A stretch of DNA of 60,149 nt, counting the filler, from Sphacelaria rigidula (Eukaryota): assembly GCA_964200075.2 (NCBI GenBank). It is 4 parts of 4 records of this genome, joined end to end, with 100 filler letters (N's around TTAATTAATTAA, not from the genome) between each part and the next. Parts side by side here need not be neighbours in the genome. Positions count along the whole stretch, not along the records: positions 30,126 to 45,087 come from CAXNAA020001974.1; positions 45,188 to 60,149 come from CAXNAA020001975.1; 2 more parts are not named here. One strand, 5' to 3'. This document shows positions 43,001-54,100 of the stretch, piece by piece. The notes under the pieces were generated by a model. The model saw only the letters and a program-made list of their open reading frames with translations, ran no database searches and had not been told where the DNA came from. Position numbers and translations under genes: made by a program. Each line of letters opens with the position of its first letter. Position 1 is the stretch's first letter.

Positions 43001-44436
43001 CCCCTCGGGGTCGGCGACACCCAGGCAAGTGATACCCAAGTTGGCCGATATTTCGGGTCGCATTTTGGGTTTATCTGATTCGGACACACCAGACCGTCCA
43101 TTGTCTTCTACTGCAGCCCGCGCTTTAGCAACCGCTGCGGCCGACAAAGAACGTTCCGGAACTAGTAAAAAAAGCAGCTTCCGATAGAGTCGAGTCTGCC
43201 CGTGTAGCTTCAGTACAGAGAGTATATTTAAATGGACGTGAAAAAGCTTTGGCATGTGAAAAACATGCCTGCTGCCGATAACGAAGACTCGGGACAGTTT
43301 ACGTCTGCCCTCATCACATCTGTTCGCCGTACCGTTTGCAATATCCTTCACTTGGCGGATGCAACGGATGTCCAACGCTTTAAAGATCCCAATTGGGTAG
43401 ACGGCTGGCAGACCCCCTTGCATAAAGCATTGCGTCGATCCATCAGCCGCCGCTCTCCCGACATCGCTGCTTCTTTAACACAGATCCTCGACGGCTTCAT
43501 CGCCGAAATGGGTCCGGATCGTGCCAAGCGGAAGACAGACCTGGTATTGCTTTCTGATCTGGAAAGGCGTCTGATAGGATATTTTGACGAAAGTGATCGA
43601 GCAAGCGCCATCCAGAGGCTGAGTTCTTTTGCTGTCGCATCGGATGTCCCCTTCGCGAATTATGTTCGCGAATATAAGCTTTTAGTCTCTGGTACTACGG
43701 GTGTCAGACGCAAAACGGACCGAGCGACGCAATGTGTCAGACTTACGTTCGCAATAGCGTTGCTTAACAGTATCCGGCTCTGATGCTGTCGTTGTTTCCG
43801 GGTGTCTTGCCGCATCGCGAGGTGCCTTACGCCTTCGTTGGTGATATGTGGTCTGCTTTTGTACACCAAGAGTGCAGTATAACACCCGCCATAAGTGGCA
43901 AACCTTATACGCCTCTGCGTTCACAACCTACCGTTGTGTCCTCCACTCAAGCCCAAGGGTCTCGCGGTAGGAATTCGAGTTCATCTCGCGCTTCATGGAC
44001 CCCCGCTTCGGTCGCCGGTTCAGTTATGCATGATCAAAGTAACAGAGATGCATTCAGCGCGAGTTTTGATGGTCGGCCGTTTTTCGAGGAAGCGTGGGAT
44101 GATGTTTATTTGACCTCAACAACGGCATTCATTACAGACGATCCCCATTTGTGGAATCCACTTCTTTCGTCCCCTGCTAGACGCAATATCTGCAGCAGTC
44201 ATGCCAATAGTTGCATCAACTGTAGTGTTCAAGGCCACAGTATGCGCGACTGCGGCAGCCCATGCATCAATGCCTTTGATCTCATGAACCCTGAATTGCA
44301 GGACAATCCAAGCGCGTGGCGCCGATGGCAAAAACGCATGAGGGACTATCGCATACCAAATCGAAATTGTCGCGGTCATAGATTACTCTGCTTCGCAATC
44401 GCGCTTCCTATTTCTATTTTCCTTTTCCTCTGTTAG
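40090..44436 (+). pseudogene. Decayed gag-like polyprotein of a retroelement (low-complexity N-terminus, capsid-like helical region, CCHC zinc knuckle)
   Basis: Chain of collinear overlapping plus-strand ORFs (40090-40803, 40689-41465, 41703-42311, 42233-42724, 42669-43187, 43232-43783, 43783-44436). CINCSVQGHSMRDC = CX2CX4HX4C at 44212-44253. LSSF...VPFANYVREYKLLVS resembles a gag homology region. A 78-bp frame-preserving repeat occurs at 41103/41181/41259. Confidence 0.65.
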
Positions 44437-44973
44437 GCTGCTTGTTATACTTCGTATGTATCGAAAAAAATAACTTGTTGAAAAGTGCTTTTTTTATCCT
44501 TCTCCGTCGTTTTTGCCCCGAGAAGAGGGCTCAGCGGATGTCGACACCTCAGACCATTCCAGAGCACCTTTGCGTTTTCCGTAGGTCACAGTGTAGTAGG
44601 TGAGAAGACCGCGTGCTTAGAGGACCGCACCGTAGCTCGAAATACCTCAGTGTCGACGTTTTCCAAAATCCATCGGGCCAGTCCCTGCAGGTACCACGAC
44701 CCTGACCCCATCACTAACCCTAACCCCAACCATAGGGATGTTCAACTTCCGACGCGGTCCTCCAAGCACGCGATCCTCTCACGCATTACAAGAGTTTTGT
44801 TCTTGGCCAAAACTTAGACTGTACAGTTATGGGTAGGAATTGCAGATTTTCGGTACTCTATTTATGGAAAGTGCAAGCTGAACGCTACATGCGTCAGAAG
44901 TGGCCGGTAATCCAACGAGTCATACAGTATCAACGGAAAATACAAGCGTCACCTACAAATGACGATTTGGGTC

Positions 44974-45063
44974 TGTGACGGTTTAAGAGACTACCAACTA
45001 GACTACTGACAAGTCAGCGCTGACTGGTCAGTAGTCTAGTTGGTAGTCTCTTCAGCCGTCACA
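44974..45063. repeat. 90-bp near-perfect palindrome (45-bp arms, no loop)
   Basis: TGTGACGGTTTAAGAGACTACCAACTAGACTACTGACAAGTCAGC|GCTGACTGGTCAGTAGTCTAGTTGGTAGTCTCTTCAGCCGTCACA; 3 mismatches; centre at 45018/45019. Confidence 0.95.
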
Positions 45064-45087
45064 AAAGTTAGTCGCTGGTTCGATTCC
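45025..45087 (+). mobile_element. tRNA-derived sequence (SINE head or tRNA pseudogene) with Pol III A and B boxes, cut by linker
   Basis: A-box TAGTCTAGTTGG 45032-45043, B-box GGTTCGATTCC 45077-45087, 33-nt spacing. The anticodon stem does not pair well, so this is not called a tRNA. Confidence 0.6.
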
Positions 45088-45187
45088 NNNNNNNNNNNNN
45101 NNNNNNNNNNNNNNNNNNNNNNNNNNNNNNNTTAATTAATTAANNNNNNNNNNNNNNNNNNNNNNNNNNNNNNNNNNNNNNNNNNNN
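45088..45187. other. Artificial linker
   Basis: N44-TTAATTAATTAA-N44. It supplies the false stop of the 4992-aa ORF. Confidence 0.97.
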
Positions 45188-48100
45188 CACGTCGCCGCCC
45201 GATCCGGACGTGGCCGCCCCGCTGCCGATCTGGACCATGCCGGTGTTGCCGGAGCTGCTGGTGCCCGAGCTGAACACCAGCACGCCACTCACGCCGTCCG
45301 TCCCGGCGTTCGGCGAGCGGATCGTCACGGATCCACTGGTGGTCTCTGTGCCCTCGCCGCTGAGGATCGTCACCGACCCGCCGGTGCTGGCCGTGGCCGC
45401 GGTGGACGCTCCGGCCGTCACATGCACTGCACCGCCCTGGCCCGTGTCGCCGGTGCCAACGGTTAAGCCTACCAGACCTCCGGAGCCGCCGAGGGCGGCC
45501 CCGCTTCCGATCATGATGTCTCCGCTGTCTCCTACGGTGGTGGAGCCGGAGCTGAAGGTCATGGTTCCGCTGTTGCCGGCGGTACCGGCCGGGGGCGACG
45601 TGATGGTGACGGTGCCGCTATTCCCGCTCGTCACTGCTCCGCTGATCACTGATACCGCGCCACCTCCTATGCTACCACTACCAGCCATCATCGTCAAGTC
45701 GCCGCCCGTCACCGCCGAGCTCATCCCAGCTGACACGCTCACGTCGCCTCCCTCATCCGCCACACCGATCCCGGCCGATATGCTCACGGCCCCACCCACC
45801 GTCGCTCCCTGTCCCGCTGTCACCGTCACCGACCCGCCGGAGGCCGACGTGCCCTCGCCGGCCAACACGTCCAACGCACCGCCCGTCGACCCCACGCCCG
45901 CTGCCATCGCCACCTCGCCCCCAGTGCCCGTGCTTCCCGTCCCGGCCGCCAGCGATACGACGCCTCCCGTCACGCCTGTGCCGCCCGTCAACGTCAACGC
46001 GCCGCCCATCGCCAGGTCACCTGTGCCCACCGTCAAGCTCACGTCGCCGCCCGACCCGGACGTGGCCGCGCCGCTACCGATCTGGACCATGCCGGTACTG
46101 CCGGAGCTGCTGGTGCCCGAGCTGAACACCAGCACGCCGCTCACGCCGTCCGTCCCGGCGTTCGGCGAGCGTATCGTCACGGACCCGCTGGTGGTCTCTG
46201 TCCCCTCGCCGCTGAGGATCGTCACCGATCCTCCCGTGCCGGCCGTGGCCGCGGTGGACGCTCCGGCGGTGATTTGGACAAGGCCGCCCTGGTCCGTGTC
46301 GCCGGAGCCGACGGTCAGGCTCAGCAAGCCGCCGGAGCCACCAAGGGCTGCTCCACTTCCGATCATGATGTCTCCACTATCTCCGACGGTGGTGGAGCCG
46401 GAGCTGAAGGTCACGGTGCCGCTGTTCCCTGTTGTGCCTGCGGCGAGGGACGTGATGGTGATGGTCCCGCTGTTTCCATTTGTTACAGTCCCACTGGACA
46501 ACGAAAGGTGACCGCCACTTGTTTCTCCACTTCCACCGATGATCGATACGTCACCGCCAGCCGTTGCACCTTCCCCTGCTGCAATACTAACTGACCCACC
46601 TGAAGCCGATGTGCCCTCGCCCGCCACCACGTCGAACGCACCGCCCGTAGACCCGACGCCCGCAGCCATCGCCACCTCGCCCCCAGTACCTGTACTCCCT
46701 ATCCCGGCCGCCAGCGACACGGCGCCACCAGTCACGCCCGTCCCGCCCGTCAACGTCAACGCGCCGCCTGTCGCCAGGTCGCCCGTGCCCACCGTCACGC
46801 TCACGTCGCCGCCCGAACCCGACGTGGCCGCTCCGCTGCCGATCTGGACCATGCCGGTGTTGCCGGAGCTGCTGGTGCCCGAGCTGAACACCAGCACGCC
46901 GCTAACCCCGTCCGTACCGGCGTTCGGCGAGCGGATCGTCACGGATCCGCTGGTGGTCTCGGTGCCCTCGCCGCTCAGGATCGTCACCGACCCACCCGTG
47001 CCGGCCGTGACCGCGGTGGATGCTCCGGCCGTCAGCTGCACGAGACCGCCCTGATTGGTGTCACCAGTTCCGACGGTCAAGCTCAGCAGTCCGCCGGAGC
47101 CGCCGAGGGCGGCCCCGCTTCCGACCATGATGTCTCCGCTGTCTCCGACGGTGGTGGAGCCAGAGCTGAAGGTCATCACACCACTGTTCCCCGCGGTACC
47201 GGCGGCGGGGGACGTGATTGTGACAGTTCCGCTGTTTCCGCTCGTCACGGCCCCGCTCGCCACCAAGACGGCGCCCCCACCCACGCTGCCGCTGCCGGCG
47301 ACAATCGTCAAGTCGCCGCCCGTGACCGCCGAGCTCACTCCAGCCGACACGCTCACGTCGCCTCCCTCATCCGCCACACCAGCTCCGGCCGCTATGCTCA
47401 CGGCCCCACCCACCGTCGCTCCCAGTCCCGCTGTCACCGTCACCGACCCACCGGACGCCGTCGTGCCCTCGCCGGCCACCACGTCCAACGCACCGCCCGT
47501 CGACCCGACGCCCGCAGCCATCGCCACCTCGCCGCCGGTGCCCGTGCTTCCCGTCCCGGCCGCCAGCGACACGCCGCCCCCCGTCACGCCTGTCCCGCCT
47601 GTCAACGTCAACTCGCCGCCCGTTGCCAGGTCGCCCGTGCCCACCGTCACGCTCACGTCGCCGCCTGAACCTGACGTGGCCGCCCCGCTGCCGATCTGGA
47701 CCATGCCAGTGTCGCCGGAGCTGCTGGTGCCCGAGCTGAACACCAGCACGCCGCTGACGCCGTCCGTCCCGGCGTTCGGCGAGCGTATCGTCACGGATCC
47801 GCTGGTGGTCTCGGTGCCCTCGCCGCTCAGGATCGTCACCGACCCGCCCGTACCGGCCGTGACCGCGGTAGATGCTCCGGCGATGATTTGGACAAGACCG
47901 CCCTGGCCCGTATCACCGGTGCCGACCGTTAGGCTTAGCAGACCTCCGGAGCCGCCGAGGGCGGCCCCGCTTCCGATCATGATGTCTCCGCTGTCTCCGA
48001 CGGTGGTAGAGCCGGAGCTGAAGGTCATGACGCCGCTGTTGCCGGACGTACCCGCGGCGAGGGACGTAATGGTGACGGTCCCGCTGTTCCCGCTTGTCAC

Positions 48101-51100
48101 GGCTCCGCTCATCACTGAAACGGCACCACCACCCGCGCTGCCGCTGCCGGCCACCATCGTCAGGTCGCCACCTGTAAGGGTCGAGCTCATCCCGGCCGAT
48201 ACACTTACATCGCCTCCTTCATCCGCCACGCCATTACCTGCTGCTATACTCACGGCCCCACCAACGGTTGCGCCAAGTCCCGCCGTCACCGTTACCGACC
48301 CGCCGGACGCCGACGTGCCCTCGCCGGCCACCACGTCCAACGCCCCGCCCGTCGACCCGACGCCCGCCGCCATCGCCACCTCGCCCCCAGTGCCCGTGCT
48401 TCCTGTCCCGGCCGCTAAGGACACGGTGCCTCCCGTCACGCCCGTCCCGCCCGTCAACGTCAACGCGCCGCCGGTTGACAGGTCGCCTGTGCCTACCGTC
48501 AAGCTCACGTCGCCGCCCGATCCGGACGTGGCCGCGCCGCTGCCGATCTGGACCATGCCGGTACTGCCGGAGCTGCTGGTGCCCGAGCTGAACATCATGA
48601 CGCCGCTGACGCCGTTTGTGCCGGCGTTCGGCGAGCGGATCGTCACGGACCCGCTGGTGGTCTCGGTGCCCTCGCCGCTCAGGATTGTCACCGACCCTCC
48701 CGTGCCGGCCGTGGCCGCGGTGGACGCTCCGGCGGTGATTCGGACAAGACCGCCCTGGTCCGTGTCGCCGGAGCCGACCGTCAAGCTCACCAGACCTCCG
48801 GAGCCGCCCAGGGCAGTCCCGCTCCCAATCATGATGTCTCCGCTGTCTCCGACGGTGGTGGAACCGGAGCTGAAGGTCATGACGCCGCTGTTCCCGGAGG
48901 TACCGGCCGGGGGCGATGTGATGGTGACGGTCCCACTGTTGCCGTTCGTCACGGCTCCGCTCGTGACGACCACTGAACCGCCACGCACGCTGCCGCTCCC
49001 GGATACTAACGCCAGGTCGCCTCCAGTGACGGTCGAACTCGCCCCGGCCGATACGCTCACATCTCCGCCTTCACCGGTGCCTCCGCTACCGGCTGCGATA
49101 CTCACGCTGCCACCCGTTTCAGCACCGGAGCCAGCTTCCATGCTAAGCGATCCCCCGTTGTTCGTTGTTCCTGCTCCGGCTGCGATACTCAAAGCCCCGC
49201 CAGAGGTAGATCCTACTCCGGCATGAAGCGTAACAGCCCCACCAGTGCCAGATGTGCCGTCCCCAGCAGCAACACTCACTGCCCCACCTGTGGCCGCATT
49301 CCCAGCGATCACAGTGACTTCTCCGCCGGTGCCTGCTCCGCCTGTGCCCGCGGCGACATGTACAGGACCACCCGTGACCCCAGTACCTGCGCGAAGATAT
49401 AGCATGCCGCCCGTCGCCAGGTCGCCTGTGCCCACCGTCACGCTCACGTCGCCGCCCGATCCGGACGTAGCCGCCCCGCTGCCGATCTGGACCATGCCGG
49501 TGTTGCCGGAGCTGCTGGTGCCCGAGCTGAACACCAGCACGCCGCTAACCCCGTCCGTACCGGCGTTCGGCGAGCGTATCGTCACGGATCCGCTGGTGGT
49601 CTCTGTTCCCTCGCCGCTCAGGATCGTCACCGACCCACCCGTGCCGGCCGTGACCGCGGTGGACCCTCCGGCCGTCAACTGAACCTGACCGCCCTGGCCC
49701 GTGTCACCAGTGCCGACGGTCAAGCTCAGTAGACCTCCGGAGCCGCCCAGAGCAGTCCCGCTTCCGACCATGATGTCTCCGCTGTCTCCGACGGTGGTGG
49801 AGCCGGAGCTGAAGGTCATCACACCGCTGTTCCCCGCGGTACCGGCGGCGGGTGACGTGATTGTGACAGTTCCGCTGTTTCCGCTCGTCACGGCCCCGCT
49901 CGTCACCGATACGGTCCCGCCACCCACGCTGCCGCTGCCGGCGACAATCGTCAAGTCTCCACCTGTGACCGCCGAGCTCACTCCAGCCGACACGCTCACG
50001 TCGCCTCCCTCATCCGCCGCACCGGCCCCGGCCGCTATACTCACGGCCCCACCCACCGTCGCTCCCAGTCCTGCAGTAACCGTCACCGACCCACCGGAGG
50101 CCGTCGTGCCCTCGCCGGCCACCACGTCCAACGCACCGCCCGTCGACCCGACGCCCGCAGCCATCGCCACCTCGCCGCCGGTGCCCGTGCTTCCCGTCCC
50201 GGCCGCCAGCGACACGCCGCCTCCCGTCACGCCTGTCCCGCCTGTCAACGTCAACTCGCCGCCCGTTGCCAGGTCGCCCGTGCCCACCGTCACGCTCACG
50301 TCGCCGCCTGAACCTGACGTGGCCGCCCCGCTGCCGATCTGGACCATGCCAGTGTCGCCGGAGCTGCTGGTGCCCGAGCTGAACACCAGCACGCCGCTGA
50401 CGCCGTCCGTACCGGCGTTCGGCGAGCGTATCGTCACGGACCCGCTGGTGGTCTCGGTGCCCTCGCCGCTCAGGATCGTCACCGACCCGCCCGTGCCGGC
50501 CGTGGCCGCGGTAGATGCTCCGGCGATGATTTGGACAAGACCGCCCTGGCCCGTATCACCGGTGCCGACCGTTAGGCTTAGCAGACCTCCGGAGCCGCCG
50601 AGGGCGGCCCCGCTTCCGATCATGATGTCTCCGCTGTCTCCGACGGTGGTAGAGCCGGAGCTGAAGGTAATCGATCCGCTGTTGCCGGACGTACCCGCTG
50701 AGGGCGACGTGATGGTGACGGTGCCACTGTTACCGCTCGTCGCCGGTCCGCTGGTTACCGATACGGCGCCGCCGCCCGCGCTGCCGCTGCCGGCCACCAT
50801 CGTCAAGTCGCCGCCTGTGACCGCCAAGCTCACACCCGCAGACACGCTCACATCGCCTCCCTCATCCGCCGCACCGGCCCCGGCCGCTATGCTCACGGCC
50901 CCACCCACCGTCGCTCCCAGTCCCGCCGTCACCGTTACCGACCCACCGGACGCCGATGTGCCCTCGCCGGCCAACACGTCGAACGCTCCGCCCGTAGACC
51001 CGACCCCTGCAGCCATCGCCACCTCGCCTCCTATTCCCATGCTTCCTGTCCCGGCCGCTAAGGACACGGTGCCCCCCGTTACGCCCGTCCCGCCCGTTAA

Positions 51101-54100
51101 CGTCAACGCGCCACCTGTCGCTAGGTCGCCCGTGCCCACTGTCACGCTCACGTCGCCGCCGGACCCCGATGTGGCCGCGCCGCTCCCGATCTGGACCATG
51201 CCAGTGTTACCGGAGCTGCTTGTGCCCGAGCTGAACACTAGCACGCCGCTCACGCCGTCCGTACCGGCGTTCGGCGAGCGGATCGTCACGGACCCACTGG
51301 TGGTCTCGGTGCCTTCACCGCTCAGGATTGTCACCGAGCCTCCCGTGCCGGTCGTGGCCGCGGTAGATGTTCCGGCCGTCAGCTGCACCAGTCCGCCCTG
51401 GCCCGTATCACCAGTGCCGACTGTGAGGCTGAGCAGACCTCCGGAGCCGCCCAGGGCGGCTCCACTCCCGATCATGATGTCTCCACTATCTCCGACGGTG
51501 GTGGAGCCGGAGCTGAAGGTCATGGTGCCGCTGTTTCCGACCGTACCGGCGGCCGGGGACGTGATGGTAACAGTCCCGCTGTTGCCGCTTGTCACGGCGC
51601 CACTCGCCATCAACACGCGACCGCCACCTGTCCCGCCGCTGCCAGCGGCAATTGATAGGTCCCCGCCAGCCGTCGCTCCCAGTCCCGCCGTCATCGTCAC
51701 TGACCCGCCAGAAGTCACCGTGCCATCGCCCGCCCACACATCGAACGCCCCGCCTGTCGATCCCACGCCCGCAGCCATCGCCACCTCGCCGCCGGTGCCC
51801 GTGCTTCCCGTCCCGGCCGCCAGCGACACGGCGCCCCCCGTCACGCCTGTACCGCCCGTCAACGTCAACGCGCCGCCTGTCGCCAGGTCGCCCGTGCCCA
51901 CCGTCACGCTCACGTCGCCGCCCGACCCGGACGTGGCTGCCCCGCTGCCGATCTGGACCATGCCAGTGTTGCCGGAGCTGCTGGTGCCCGAGCTGAACAC
52001 CAGCACGCCGCTCACGCCGTCGGTGCCGGCGTTCGGCGAGCGTATCGTCACGGATCCGCTGGTGGTCTCTGTGCCCTCGCCGCTGAGGATCGTCACCGAC
52101 CCGCCAGTGCCGGCCGTGGCCGCGGTGGATGCGCCGGCCGTCACTTGCACCAGACCGCCCTGACCCGTGTCGCCGGTGCCGACCGCCAAGCTCAACAGGC
52201 CTCCTGACCCGCCGAGGGCGGCCCCGCTTCCGATCATGATATCTCCGCTGTCTCCGACGGTGGTGGAGCCGGAGCTGAAGGTCATCACACCGCTGTTCCC
52301 AGCGGTACCCGCCGCGGGGGACGTGATTGTGACAGTTCCGCTGTTGCCGCTTGTCACGGCGCCACTAGTCAATGATAACGCACCACCTCCTGTGCTGCCG
52401 CTGCCGGCCACCATCGTCAAGTCCCCTCCTGTCACCGCCGAGCTCACTCCAGCCGACACGCTCACGTCGCCTCCCTCATCCGCCGCACCGGCCCCGGCCG
52501 CTATGCTCACGGCCCCACCCACCGTCGCGCCAAGTCCCGCCGTCACCGTCACCGACCCGCCGGACGCCGATGTGCCCTCGCCCGCCACCACGTCCAACGC
52601 ACCGCCTGTCGATCCCACGCCCGCAACCAACGTCGCCTCGCCGCCGGTGCCCGTGCTTCCCGTCCCGGCCGCCAGCGACACGACGCCTCCCGTCACGCCC
52701 GTACCGCCCGTCAACGTCAACGCGCCGCCCGTCGCCAGGTCGCCCGTGCCCACCGTCACGCTCACGTCGCCGCCCGACCCGGACGTAGCCGCCCCGCTGC
52801 CGATCTGGACCATGCCGGTGTTGCCGGAGCTGCTGGTGCCCGAGCTGAACACCAGCACGCCGCTCACGCCGTCCGTGCCGGCGTTCGGCGAGCGGATCGT
52901 CACGGACCCGCTGGTGGTCTCTGTTCCCTCGCCGCTGAGGATCGTCACCGATCCGCCCGTGCCGGCCGTGGCTGCGGTGGACGCTCCGGCCGTCACTTGC
53001 ACCAGGCCGCCTTGGCTCGTGTCGCCGGTGCCGACCGTCAGGCTCAGCAGTCCGCCCGAGCCACCGAGGGCGGCCCCGCTTCCGATCATGATGTCTCCGC
53101 TGTCTCCTACAGTGGTGGAGCCGGAGCTGAAGGTCATGACGCCGCTGTTCCCCGCGGTCCCCGCGGCGGGGGACGAGATGGTGACCGTACCGCTGTTTCC
53201 GCTCGTCACCGCTCCACTGGCTACCGATACCGCTCCACCGCCCGCGCTACCGCTGCCAGCCACCATCGTCAAGTCGCCGCCCGTGACCGCCGAGCTCACA
53301 CCGGCCGATATACCCACGTCGCCTCCCTCGTCTGCCGCACCGGCCCCGGCCGCTATGCTCACGGCCCCACCCGCTGTCACGCCAAGTCCCGCCGTCACCG
53401 TCACCGAACCCCCAGAAGCCGTCGTGCCCTCGCCCGCCACCACGTCCAACGCCCCGCCTGTAGACCCGACGCCCGCAGCCATCGCCACCTCGCCGCCGGT
53501 GCCCGTGCTTCCCGTCCCGGCCGCCAGCGACACGGCGCCCCCCGTCACCCCCGTGCCGCCCGTCAACGTCAACGCGCCGCCCGTCGCCAGGTCGCCCGTG
53601 CCTACCGTCAAGCTCACGTCGCCGCCCGACCCGGACGTGGCCGCGCCGCTGCCGATCTGGACCATGCCAGTGTTGCCGGAGCTGCTGGTGCCCGAGCTGA
53701 ACACCAGCACGCCGCTCACGCCGTCCGTGCCGGCGTTCGGCGAGCGGATCGTCACGGATCCGCTGGTGGTCTCTGTGCCCTCGCCGCTGAGGATCGTCAC
53801 CGACCCGCCCGTGCCGGCCGTGGCCGCGGCGGACGCTCCGGCGGTGATTTGGACATTACCACCCTGACCCGTGTCGCCTGCGCCGACCGTCATGCTCAGC
53901 ATGCCTCCAGAGCCTCCTAGAGCAGTCCCGCTTCCGATCATGATGTCTCCGCTGTCTCCAATAGTCGTAGACCCAGAGCTGAAGGTCATGGTTCCGCTGT
54001 TCCCGGTCGTACCCGCGACAGGGGACGTGATCGTGACAGTACCGCTGTTGCCACTTGTCACGGCTCCGCTTGTCAGAGCCATCGCGCCACCGCCGGCGCT

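Noticed and set aside
44701-44732. Telomere-like CTAACCCTAACCCCAACC
   Set aside because: Only about 2-3 imperfect units, too short to call an interstitial telomere.
45025-45087. Functional tRNA-Asp gene
   Set aside because: The anticodon stem does not pair and the 3' end is cut off; retained only as a tRNA-derived sequence.
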